64,000 nt of DNA from contig CBDBOV010000006.1 in assembly GCA_965208575.1 (NCBI GenBank), positions 256,001 through 320,000 of the forward strand, written 5' to 3'. Position numbers and translations under genes: made by a program. Positions 10,486 to 20,896 of this stretch are shown here, piece by piece. Numbering within the stretch: position 1 is the stretch's first letter; each line of letters opens with the position of its first letter. A model generated the notes under the pieces. It was not told where the DNA came from. It saw nothing but the letters and a program-made list of their open reading frames with translations, and ran no database searches. This DNA comes from Spirochaetia bacterium (lineage in GTDB: Bacteria; Spirochaetota; Spirochaetia; SZUA-6; Bin103).

Positions 10486-12015
10486 TCACCCGCTGCAGTT
10501 CTCCCGCCACGGCTCGATGGTGTTGTGGATGGGCAGGTCGGCGACGCGCAGGCCGCTGCGGGCGGGGTCTTCGTGACGGGAGAAATGGGCTTCCAGGCGG
10601 GCGGTGAGTTCGGCCACGGCGGCGGCGCAGGCGGGGTCGCCGTGGCGGTTGTGTTCCTCGTCCGGATCCTCGGCGAGGTCGTAGAGCTCGTCGGGAAAGT
10701 GGCCGTTGGGGCCGAGGTAGCGCTTGATCAGCTTGTGGCGGGCGGTGCGGATCATGCGCGCGTTGCCGTACTCGCATACCTGGGCGTCGCGCCACGCGCG
10801 GGCGGCGGCGTCGGCGACCGCGGCGGATTCGCTCAGCAGCGGCAGGCAGGAGCGGCCTGCGCGGCCGAGCGTTTGCGCCAGCTCGGCGCAGTCGCAGCCG
10901 GCGGCGTCGGCGAGCGTCATGAACAGGTCGCAGTGGTCGACCGGCTGCGAATGGACCGACGCGGCGCGGATGCGGCCGGGCCAGGACAGCAGGCAGGGGA
11001 TGCGGATCGACTCCTCCAGGAAGTTCTGCGGCGTGGTGGCGTTGCCCTTGGTGTGCAGGCCGTGATGGCCGTTCATGTGGCCGTGATCGGAGGTGTATAC
11101 CACCAGCGTGTCCCGCTCGGCCTGCTGGTTTGCCAGCTCATCGAGCACCCGCCCCGCCATCTCGTCGATCACGCTGACCGCGGCGTAGTACTGCGCGTTC
11201 GCCTCGCGCCGCTCGCCGGCATCGGTCGGGTAGTGAAAACGGAGGCGCCCGTGGGCGCGGCTCGGCGCCATCGCGGGCAGGTCGGCGAAGCTGCACTCGC
11301 GGTAGCGAGCCACCCAGCGCTCCGGTTCGCCGGTGTGCGGCGTGTGGGTGTTGGTGAAGCCGGCGAACAGGTAGAAGGGCCGGTCGCGGTCGCGGTCGCG
11401 CAGAAAACGCACCGCGCGGTCGGCGAGGTGGTGCGCCTGGTTGCCGAACAGCTCCACCCGCCGGCTGCCCTGGTCCGAAAGGGACGGCCGGCGGGCGATG
11501 CTTGCGCGTCGGTGTTCGTCGTCTTCCATGTCGCGGAGTGACCGTCCAGACTCGTAGAACGGCTGCGCGCCGAAGCGCGCGTTGGTGCCGGTCGCGTTGG
11601 AGAACCACGTCTCCCACCCCGGCGGCGCCTGCTGGAAGTGGTTCAGGTGCCACTTGCCGACCAGCCCGGTCTGGTAGCCCTGCCCCTGCAGCACCTCGGC
11701 CAGCGACACCTGCCCCGCGATGCCGGGATGCCCGACGCCCAGGTTCTGCTCGCCGATATGATCGTGAATCCCGTGCGCCGACGGAATCCGGCCGGTGTGG
11801 AACGACGCGCGCGCCGGCGAGCACACCGGGCACGGGGTAAACGCGTTCGCCATGCGCGCCCCGCTGCGGGCCAAGTGGTCCAGGGTCGGCGTCACCAGTT
11901 CGCCGTTGCCGTAGGGCGACGACGCCCATTGCCCATGATCGTCGCTCAGAAACACCAGGATGTTGGGACGTTTCACCTTGGTCGCCACTATCTTCCATCC
12001 GCGGGTCATGCGCAA
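10486..12015 (-). CDS. Formylglycine-dependent (S1) sulfatase
   Basis: RPNILVFLSDDHG, CSPARASFHTGR (CxPxR), GKWHL, YTSDHG, ELYDLAEDPDE; no signal peptide; exact start uncertain. Confidence 0.92.
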   Translation of the reverse strand: MRMTRGWKIVATKVKRPNILVFLSDDHGQWASSPYGNGELVTPTLDHLARSGARMANAFTPCPVCSPARASFHTGRIPSAHGIHDHIGEQNLGVGHPGIAGQVSLAEVLQGQGYQTGLVGKWHLNHFQQAPPGWETWFSNATGTNARFGAQPFYESGRSLRDMEDDEHRRASIARRPSLSDQGSRRVELFGNQAHHLADRAVRFLRDRDRDRPFYLFAGFTNTHTPHTGEPERWVARYRECSFADLPAMAPSRAHGRLRFHYPTDAGERREANAQYYAAVSVIDEMAGRVLDELANQQAERDTLVVYTSDHGHMNGHHGLHTKGNATTPQNFLEESIRIPCLLSWPGRIRAASVHSQPVDHCDLFMTLADAAGCDCAELAQTLGRAGRSCLPLLSESAAVADAAARAWRDAQVCEYGNARMIRTARHKLIKRYLGPNGHFPDELYDLAEDPDEEHNRHGDPACAAAVAELTARLEAHFSRHEDPARSGLRVADLPIHNTIEPWRENCSG

Positions 12016-12291
12016 CGGGCGGCCTTGGGGTGCGACGACGGCGACGACGGGGTAGTGGTGTAGTGGCTGACCATCGAGCGCCGGGCTGGTAACATCCAGG
12101 CCTGACGGGAGCCGGACGGCTCCTTGGCGACCGGAACCCGCAACGACGCGGTGGGGTCTTGATGGTTCCCTCGCAGCAGTTCGCCCGTGCTCGCCTGGAG
12201 AGATACAGCCCGATGCCTGACCCCTACCCCTACCCGTACCCGCGAGAGATTCCCGTCCGTCGTTTCGTCGCGTTCCCGTCGTGGAGTGACC

Positions 12292-14142
12292 ATGGCGCGC
12301 CGGTATGACTACAACCGCTCATATGTCGCCACGGCGGCGGAAGGGCTCGCGCAGCTCTCGATGGATCAGCTCAGGGCACTGGTCCGGCTACTGCCGAAGG
12401 CACGCAGGACGGGCCGCAAGGCCGAGGTGATAGCCGAAATCGAGCGCCACCTCGCCGGTGACCTGCTGCGCGCGCTGTGGGCGCGGCTCGGCGAAACCGA
12501 GCAACTCGCCGTGCGGGAAGCCCTGCATGGCTCGCCGGGCGAATTCAGCCCGCGCCAGTTCCGCGCCAAGTACGGCCATCTGCCCGCCGGCGCCGGCATC
12601 CGCCGGTACGACAAAACCAAGGTGACCCGGCTGAGCCTGTTCCTCTACGCTCCCAACCTGCGCAGCACGAAATCTGTCATCCCGACCGATCTGGTGAGTC
12701 GCCTGCGGGAGTTCGTGGCGGAAGCCGAGCCGCCGACGCTGAGCGTCTGCGACGATCTTCCCACCACCGTTACGCTGTGCCGCCGGCGGCGTTACCAGGA
12801 GGCCATCGAGCAGGCGCCGCTGGTCCTGCGCGACACCGAGCACCCCGCGCGCCACGAACTGCCGGCCGTACTGCGCCTGATCGATGCCGGCAAGGTGGCC
12901 GTAAGCGCCAAGACGCTGCGTCCATCCGCGGCCGCGGTACGGCGTATCGGAGAGGTGCTTGCCGGCGGCGACTTCTTCCCCGCGGCGGACGGCGAGAGCG
13001 CTTCCCGGTCACCCCTGGCCGGCCCGATCCGGGCGCACGCGTGGCCGTGGCTGATGCAGGCCGCCAAGCTCGCCGAGCCGCACGGTACGAAGCTCGCGCT
13101 GACCCGAGCCGGGCTCGCCGCGTTGGGCGCACCACCGGAGCAAACACTGCGCCGGCTGTGGCAACGCTGGCTCACCTCCACGCTGCTCGACGAGTTCAAC
13201 CGCGTCGACGTCATCAAGGGTCAGGGCGGTCGCGGCCGCCGGTCCATGACGTCGCCGGCGGGGCGCCGCCCCGCGATCGACGCAGCGCTCCGCGCGTGCC
13301 CGGTGGGGCGCTGGGTGAGCTGTGAAGAGTTGGGTCGCTTCATCCGGGCCGCCGGCGACGACTTCAGCGTGACCCGCGACCCCTGGAACCTCTACCTGTT
13401 CGATGCGGAGTACGGCAGCCTCGGGTACGACGGCTATCATGAGTGGGAGTTCCTGGAAGGCCGCTACCTGCTGTGCGTGCTGTTCGAGTATGCCGCCACC
13501 CTGGGCCTGATCGACGTGGCCTACACCGACCCACATGGTGCGCGTCCCGACTTCACGCAATTGCCGGGCACCTACGACCTGGAGTTTCTCAGTCGTTACG
13601 ACGGCCTGCGCTACGTTCGACTGACCCCGCTGGGGGCATACTGCCTCGGCCTGACCGAGAGCTACACGCCGAGCACGCCGGCGGCCGGCGCCTCGCTCAC
13701 GGTGTTTCCCGACCTGCGGGTGCAGGTTGCCGGCGCGCCGCTGACCGCGGCGGAGGCGCTGCTGCTGGAGACCTACGCGACGGACGAGTCGGATGGCCTG
13801 TGGCGCCTGGACCACAAGCTGACCGTCCGGGCCATCGAAGCCGGTCACGAGGTAGCGGAACTGCGCGCGTTCCTCACCTCCCGCGACGACCAGGACCTGC
13901 CGGAAACCGTGCAGGGATTCCTGCTCACCACCGAGCGCCGGGCGCGTGCCTTGAAGCACCAGGGCAACGCGCTCCTGATCGAGTGCGCCGACGCCGACAC
14001 CGCCGCGCTGATCGCCGCGGACCGGCGCACCGCCAAGCTCTGCCTGCGCGCCGGCGAGCGCAATCTGGTGGTGCCGGCCGACTCAGAGAACGCATTCCGC
14101 AACGCGATCCACGCCCTCGGCTACGGCATGCCGCGTTCCTGA
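12292..14142 (+). CDS. XPB/Ssl2-type helicase-associated domain (Helicase_C_3) protein
   Basis: C-terminal LTVFPDL...LWRLD...RAIEAG....ELRAFL....QDLPETVQGFL; no Walker motifs seen; ATG 12292 after GGAG. Confidence 0.72.
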   Translation: MARRYDYNRSYVATAAEGLAQLSMDQLRALVRLLPKARRTGRKAEVIAEIERHLAGDLLRALWARLGETEQLAVREALHGSPGEFSPRQFRAKYGHLPAGAGIRRYDKTKVTRLSLFLYAPNLRSTKSVIPTDLVSRLREFVAEAEPPTLSVCDDLPTTVTLCRRRRYQEAIEQAPLVLRDTEHPARHELPAVLRLIDAGKVAVSAKTLRPSAAAVRRIGEVLAGGDFFPAADGESASRSPLAGPIRAHAWPWLMQAAKLAEPHGTKLALTRAGLAALGAPPEQTLRRLWQRWLTSTLLDEFNRVDVIKGQGGRGRRSMTSPAGRRPAIDAALRACPVGRWVSCEELGRFIRAAGDDFSVTRDPWNLYLFDAEYGSLGYDGYHEWEFLEGRYLLCVLFEYAATLGLIDVAYTDPHGARPDFTQLPGTYDLEFLSRYDGLRYVRLTPLGAYCLGLTESYTPSTPAAGASLTVFPDLRVQVAGAPLTAAEALLLETYATDESDGLWRLDHKLTVRAIEAGHEVAELRAFLTSRDDQDLPETVQGFLLTTERRARALKHQGNALLIECADADTAALIAADRRTAKLCLRAGERNLVVPADSENAFRNAIHALGYGMPRS

Positions 14143-14419
14143 CCCGCCCCGGCGGCGCCCCGCCACGCGAACCACCCGTCGGGCGGCGGCATGAGCCGCG
14201 CCTCCGACGCAACGCCGCCGGCAGCCTGCCGTTGCCCGCGCATCCCCATCAAGCGCCACCCGCGCCGCGCGTGTACACCCATCTTCACGTGGCGCCATTC
14301 CCGCCCCCGCTCCGTGCCCGCGCCGTGCGTTGGGGCTTCCGACCGTGGCGGCACCGCGGCCGCGGACCGCCGCCGGTGCCGCAAGAGCCTCATGGCCCGT
14401 GCAACCGCTCCCGAAACCG

Positions 14420-16867
14420 TTAGTCGCCCGGGGCGTCGTCGCCCGCGCGTGCAATTGCCGTGTGCAGCCGCTGCAGATCCGCCGCTCCGACGGAGTCGGC
14501 TTCACTGCGAGGGGCGGCTGCCAGCAGCCGCATGTGGGCGATGTCCTCGGCGTACTGTGCGCGGCGGCGGTCGTAGGTAGCGCGGTTCTTGGTGCAGATC
14601 AAGGTGTGCGGACTACCCCGGCGCTCGGTCTGGCAGTCGATGTCCAATCGCCCACTCGTGATGGCCGACTCGACGTGCAAGCGCAGATCCTGCCGCATCC
14701 TGAACCGTATCGTGGTGTCCGCCGGGTCGGCGCAGAACGCCTGCAGCCGCGCGCAGTGCTCGCAGTCACACTTGATCCGGGCCGCGATGATCCAGTCCCG
14801 CGGTTGCTCAGGCGGCGCCGCGCTACGCGCCAGCAGGAAGCTTGCCGAGTGCCGCCACAGGGTCGCGAACCCGGCGCGCCCCGCCACGGCGCCGGTCATC
14901 CCGCCGTGCGCCGCCAACTCCGCCAGGGCCTGCGGAAGCGCGCGGTCCGGCGGCGCCGCTGCCGGTTGCTGCACCAGCATGGCGGCCACTTCGTCGGCCG
15001 CGGCGGCCGGCGCACAATTCCAGGTGAGCCCCAGCAGGGCACGGATCGTCTGCGCGGTCAGCGGTCGGACGTGCGACGCCCCGCGCCGGAAACCCGGAGA
15101 AGGCTCCACCTCCGGCGCCGCGCCGACCACCACCGGCAACCTCCGGCGGACGGCGCGTGCCGCGGCGGCCAGCGCGGGCCGCCGGTGCTCGCTCGCTTCG
15201 GTGGGGGAGTCGGCGTGCGGGCACAGGCGCCACAGCAAATCGAGAACGCCCTCCGTGAAGTGCGCGAAGTTCTTCGCTGCGAAATCCGGCAGCCAAGCTT
15301 GCAGGGTTGCCGGGGCGACCACCGCCGTCGTCGCCAGCAACTCGTCATTCTCGCCGCTGCTGTAGTGCGGGATGGCAACTTCGCGCAGGAAGCGCCGCGT
15401 CGTAGCCTCGTCACCAAGGCGGCGCAGCAGGCGCAACGCGTCCCGGAGTCCCTGCTGCGCTCCGTCGGTGTCACGGCGGCGATAGAACCGCATCGAGTCC
15501 GGCTCCGGCCAGGTGTCGATAAGCTGAGCCGCGAGGCCGCACAGGTAGCGACGTGCGCTCGGATCGTTCTCCAACCGCGCCAGGTCGTCCGCGAACCAGG
15601 CGACGGCGCCCTCGATTCCGCCGCGGGCCAGCGTCCCCAAGGTCCTCCCCCGCGGCCACAGCACCAGCGCCGCGCGCCGATAGCTGCGCGATCTCTGCAC
15701 ACCCTCGTTGCCCGTCACCTTGGTGTCCTCGTGGTCCGGTTCCACGCCATCCAGCGCCCCGGCCGGAAGCAGCTCCCCGGACAGCAGGGGCAGCGCGCCA
15801 TAGTCGGGCCGCGAGCCGTCGGGAGCGACCAGTCCGTACAGCTCGCGGGTGGAGACGATCTGCTCGTCGTCCCAATCTTCGTCATCGTCCCAGTCGTAGT
15901 CGTCGGGGTTGTCCCAATCCGGGAAGTCGCCCGAATCGTCTACGGTACCCCACTCGTAGATGCTCAGGATTGCCGCGTATAGCATGTGACTGGCCCGTTG
16001 TGCTGCTCGGGCGAGCACGCGGCCGAGCGCCGCGTCGGCGTTCTTGAGCACGTCGAACGACAGGCCCTCTTCGCTGTATTGGTGCTCCAGCAGCCAGACC
16101 AGCTTGTCGCCGGCCGCCGACATGGCTTCCCAGTTCCTCAGTTGGGCCGCGAGCTGTTCCTCCTGGGCGCCGTAGTCGGGCGCGGCGCGGAGCACGGCGG
16201 CGGCAGCGCCGCGCACCACCAGGTGGAAGACGAGGACGACACGGTGACCCGCGGTGACCGGGCGGATTTCGTGGACGCAATCCGCGTAGAAGGCGGCGAA
16301 GGCGAGTTCGGAGGGCTCGTCGGTGCGCAGGTCGACGACGGCCTCTCGCTCGCGGTGACGAATGACCAGTTCGCCGCCGGTACCCGCCACCGGCAGCGAC
16401 ACCACCAGCGTTGCCACCATGCCGTCCACCTTCTCGGTGTCCCGGTGCGGAGCGAAGAAGCCGCCCGTTTCGTACACCAGCAGCTTGTACAGCTCCGCCG
16501 ACGTGCGCTCGGGAGGGCAGCCGAGTCCTGTGGCCGCCTGCCCCACCACCGTCGCCAGCGTGTCGTGCCATGCGCCGCCGGTAATGCGCACCTGCGCCGC
16601 ATCGACTTGCCGGCACGCACGCACGGAGCTGTCCACCAGCGTCTCCTCACCCCTGCCGTACGGCGCCGGCTCTGCCGCCGCGGCCAGCGAACGCGCCTGC
16701 TCCTCGGTGATCGGAAAGGACAGCGAACGCGACCCTTCCACCTCGATACGCGGCATCGGCGCCAGCAGCCGGCCCTGCATGCAGTAATCTCCGGGCCGGT
16801 CGATGGTGCGCAGCAGCACTTCCAGCAACTCCTGCCGCTCGTTGTAAGCGATCCTCAATCTCCGCAC
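14420..16867 (-). CDS. 2OG-Fe(II) oxygenase domain protein with long helical C-terminus
   Basis: APYGRGEET, ELYKLLVYETGGFFAPHRDTEK (HxD), AFYADCVHEIRPV.AGHRVVL; C-terminal CDCEHC; GTG 16867 after GGAGG (ORF track starts at 16903). Confidence 0.85.
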   Translation of the reverse strand: MRRLRIAYNERQELLEVLLRTIDRPGDYCMQGRLLAPMPRIEVEGSRSLSFPITEEQARSLAAAAEPAPYGRGEETLVDSSVRACRQVDAAQVRITGGAWHDTLATVVGQAATGLGCPPERTSAELYKLLVYETGGFFAPHRDTEKVDGMVATLVVSLPVAGTGGELVIRHREREAVVDLRTDEPSELAFAAFYADCVHEIRPVTAGHRVVLVFHLVVRGAAAAVLRAAPDYGAQEEQLAAQLRNWEAMSAAGDKLVWLLEHQYSEEGLSFDVLKNADAALGRVLARAAQRASHMLYAAILSIYEWGTVDDSGDFPDWDNPDDYDWDDDEDWDDEQIVSTRELYGLVAPDGSRPDYGALPLLSGELLPAGALDGVEPDHEDTKVTGNEGVQRSRSYRRAALVLWPRGRTLGTLARGGIEGAVAWFADDLARLENDPSARRYLCGLAAQLIDTWPEPDSMRFYRRRDTDGAQQGLRDALRLLRRLGDEATTRRFLREVAIPHYSSGENDELLATTAVVAPATLQAWLPDFAAKNFAHFTEGVLDLLWRLCPHADSPTEASEHRRPALAAAARAVRRRLPVVVGAAPEVEPSPGFRRGASHVRPLTAQTIRALLGLTWNCAPAAAADEVAAMLVQQPAAAPPDRALPQALAELAAHGGMTGAVAGRAGFATLWRHSASFLLARSAAPPEQPRDWIIAARIKCDCEHCARLQAFCADPADTTIRFRMRQDLRLHVESAITSGRLDIDCQTERRGSPHTLICTKNRATYDRRRAQYAEDIAHMRLLAAAPRSEADSVGAADLQRLHTAIARAGDDAPGD

Positions 16868-16977
16868 GCTTCCGCCCCTCCTCCAGCTACGGGCTTCCAC
16901 CACGCAGCCGCAACACTTGATGATGCTTCACCCTTGGGAGTAATATAGGGTATATTTCTGACAAGAAGAAGACCGCG

Positions 16978-17583
16978 ATGAACACTGCCGACAGGATCAT
17001 GAAGAAGGTAACGGCACGGCCCGTTGGACAGTGGGTGTGCACGCCGAAGGATTTCCTGGATCTCGGGAGCCGGGAGGCTATCGACCAGGCACTGTCGCGC
17101 CTCGTGAAGGCGGGACGGCTACGCCGCGTCGGCCACGGGCTGTACGACCGGCCCCGGATCAGCAAGGTACTGAAGCGTCCGGCACCTGTCGATATGGACT
17201 CGGCCATAGCAGCGGTCGCCCGGCGCGACGGTATCCGAATCATGCCTGACGGATTGGCGGCCGCGAACCAGTTGGGGCTGACGAACGCGGTTCCCGCAAG
17301 ATTCAGCTTCATGACCGATGGCCACTCGAGATTTCTCAAGATCGACGGACGCACGGTTCGGTTTCGTCATGCGGGACCGAGCGTCATGCGGTGGGCGGGG
17401 AAACCTGCCGGTGCGGTCGTTCAGGCGCTTCGGTGGCTCGGCCCTGACGCCGCCTCGGACGCCCATGTCGTGTCGACTCTGAATCGCAATCTCCCAGGCC
17501 ATGTGAAAGTGGACCTTTTGAATCACCTCCGCGATCTACCCGGATGGGCTCTTCCGCTAGCACGGCGCCTGGAGAGTGATTAA
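16978..17583 (+). CDS. DUF6088/AbiEi-type antitoxin
   Basis: TPKDFLDLGSREAIDQALSRL...RRVGHGLY, AANQLGLTNAVP; upstream of an AbiEii toxin. Confidence 0.85.
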   Translation: MNTADRIMKKVTARPVGQWVCTPKDFLDLGSREAIDQALSRLVKAGRLRRVGHGLYDRPRISKVLKRPAPVDMDSAIAAVARRDGIRIMPDGLAAANQLGLTNAVPARFSFMTDGHSRFLKIDGRTVRFRHAGPSVMRWAGKPAGAVVQALRWLGPDAASDAHVVSTLNRNLPGHVKVDLLNHLRDLPGWALPLARRLESD

Positions 17584-17595
17584 CACCCGCTACCC

Positions 17596-18642
17596 ATGGC
17601 TGGAGGTATAAGGAAGCTTCTCTCCGCCCCGGAGCAGGACAGAAGGGATATCTTGGAAGCGACGGCAAGTCGCCTCGACACGTTGCCGGGCTACGTGGAG
17701 AAGGATCTCTGGGTGTGCATCGTCCTGGACTTGCTCTACAACCGGTTGCCTGCCGGACACCCGAACCTCCTCTTCAAGGGCGGCACGTCATTGTCAAAGG
17801 CGTTTGGGCTGATCGACCGGTTCTCCGAAGACATCGACATCGTCGTCTCCCGTGATGGCCTCGGCTTCTCAGGAGTTCGCGACCCCGCCGCGACCGCCAA
17901 CGCAATGTCGAACAAGAAACGAGCGGCCCTGTTCGAGGAACTCAGGAATAGATGCAGCGCATACATGAACGGCGAACTACAAACAGCTCTTGCGAACCAG
18001 CTCGCAGCGATCGCCGGTGAGTGCAGAGTGCTGCCGGACCTTGGAGACGCGGACGGACAGACGATTCTTGTCGAGTATCCGACCCTGTACCCGAGTCGCG
18101 AAGTCGACTACGTGGCGCCACGGGTGCGGATCGAGGCGGGGGCAAGATCGGCGGTCGTACCAAACTTGACCTGTGCGGTTCGCCCCCTCGTCGCCGACGA
18201 ACTGCCTGATTGGTCGCTCGATGTCGGCAGCATCAACGTGATCGCACCTGAACGCACCTACTGGGAGAAGCTGCTGATCCTGCACGGGTTGCACTGCGGA
18301 TACCGAGATGCGGGACGACTGCCACACGACAGGCACCGGATCTCCCGCCACTACTACGATGTCGCGATGATCACCCCAACCGACCGCGGCAAGTTTGCGT
18401 TGTCCAATTTCGAACTGCTGGAAGCCGTCAGGAACCACAATCTCATCGCATTCCGGCAAGCCTGGAAACGTTTCGAAGAAGCGACTCCCGGCTCGGTGCA
18501 ACTGGTCCCACAGCCTGAATTGAGAGCCGCTATTGAACCAGACTACGGCGCCATGCGGGACATGATTCTCGGCAATGTGCCGAACTTCGACTGGATCATG
18601 GAACAGATCGAGTACGCCGAAGCGACCATCAATCGAAACTGA
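17596..18642 (+). CDS. abiEii: AbiEii/AbiGii nucleotidyltransferase toxin (type IV TA)
   Basis: VEKDLWV, FKGGTSLSKAFGLIDRFSEDIDI, PERTYWEK, SRHYYDV. Confidence 0.9.
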   Translation: MAGGIRKLLSAPEQDRRDILEATASRLDTLPGYVEKDLWVCIVLDLLYNRLPAGHPNLLFKGGTSLSKAFGLIDRFSEDIDIVVSRDGLGFSGVRDPAATANAMSNKKRAALFEELRNRCSAYMNGELQTALANQLAAIAGECRVLPDLGDADGQTILVEYPTLYPSREVDYVAPRVRIEAGARSAVVPNLTCAVRPLVADELPDWSLDVGSINVIAPERTYWEKLLILHGLHCGYRDAGRLPHDRHRISRHYYDVAMITPTDRGKFALSNFELLEAVRNHNLIAFRQAWKRFEEATPGSVQLVPQPELRAAIEPDYGAMRDMILGNVPNFDWIMEQIEYAEATINRN

Positions 18643-18674
18643 GAAGAGGCCTCACGGCGGCATGTCCGACGTAA

Positions 18675-19796
<1,122 letters not shown>

Positions 19797-19826
19797 CCCG
19801 ACTCCCTCGCATCAACAGCCGCCGCA

Positions 19827-20822
19827 TCAATCGAACCTGATTCGGGGATCGGCCAGCGCCAGCAGCACGTCGGCGAGCAGGTTGCCGATCAGCAGCAGGA
19901 TGCCCAGCACCATCAGGATGGTGGTGCTCACGTACAGGTCCAGGCTGCGCAGTGAGTCCAGCAGCAGCGGCCCCAGCGTCGGCAGCCCGAGCACGATGGA
20001 ACCGACCACCTCGCCCGACAGGATGAGCGGGAACTGCATCCCGAACAGGCTGATCAGCGGGTTCACCGCCACCCGGAAGGCGTGCTTGAGCACCACCGCC
20101 GGCTCCGCCAGCCCCTTGGCGCGCGCCGTGCGCACGTACTCGTCCTGCAGCCCGTCGAGCATGTTGGCGCGCGTGATGCGCACGATCTTGGCCAGCCCCT
20201 CGGTGCCGATCACCAGCACCGGCAGGATCAGCCCGCGCCCGGCGTCCAGCAGCTTGCCCAGGCTCCACGGCGCGTCCACGTACTCGGGCGAGAACAGCCC
20301 CTGCGGCGGCGGAATGTCGAAGAAGAACAGCAGCCCCACCAGCACCAGCAGCGCCAGGAAGAAGTTGGGAATCGACAGCCCGATGAACGCCACCACGCTC
20401 ACTGCGTAGTCGGACACGCCGTATTGCCGGTACGCGGTCCACAGCCCGATCGGCACCCCCACCACGTACATGAAGATCAGCGCCGACGACGAGATGGCGA
20501 TCGAGTACAGCAGCCGCTGCCCGATCAGGTCGGACACCGGGCGGAAGTTGTTGAACGACACGCCGAACTCGCCGCGCAGGAAGTTCGCCAGCCAGACGAA
20601 GAAGCGCAGGAAGAAGTTGCGGTCCAGGCCGTACAGCGTGCGCAACTGGTCGGTGCGCGCCTCGGCGGCGTCGACCGAGTAGTTGTAGGTGACCACCAGC
20701 GCCTGTTCGTAGCGGGTGAGCGGATCGCCCGGCGCGATCTCCAGGATGAGAAACACCACGAAACTCATCAGCACGAACGTGGGGATGAAGTTCAGCAACC
20801 GCCGAATCAGGTAAGTGGCCAT
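19827..20822 (-). CDS. Opp/Dpp-type ABC transporter permease (DppB-like)
   Basis: YLIRRLL, PGDP, EYVRTARAKGL, LADPRIRF. Confidence 0.92.
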   Translation of the reverse strand: MATYLIRRLLNFIPTFVLMSFVVFLILEIAPGDPLTRYEQALVVTYNYSVDAAEARTDQLRTLYGLDRNFFLRFFVWLANFLRGEFGVSFNNFRPVSDLIGQRLLYSIAISSSALIFMYVVGVPIGLWTAYRQYGVSDYAVSVVAFIGLSIPNFFLALLVLVGLLFFFDIPPPQGLFSPEYVDAPWSLGKLLDAGRGLILPVLVIGTEGLAKIVRITRANMLDGLQDEYVRTARAKGLAEPAVVLKHAFRVAVNPLISLFGMQFPLILSGEVVGSIVLGLPTLGPLLLDSLRSLDLYVSTTILMVLGILLLIGNLLADVLLALADPRIRFD

Positions 20823-20896
20823 GCTGGTATGGGGGCAGAAACGACCGGCGGCCGCGCGCGTGGCAGGCGCACGGCCGCCGGACCTTCAGAGTACGA

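Noticed and set aside
12048-12125. tRNA-like start GGGGTAGTGGTGTAGTGG
   Set aside because: No pairable anticodon stem, TTCGA loop or acceptor stem could be built.
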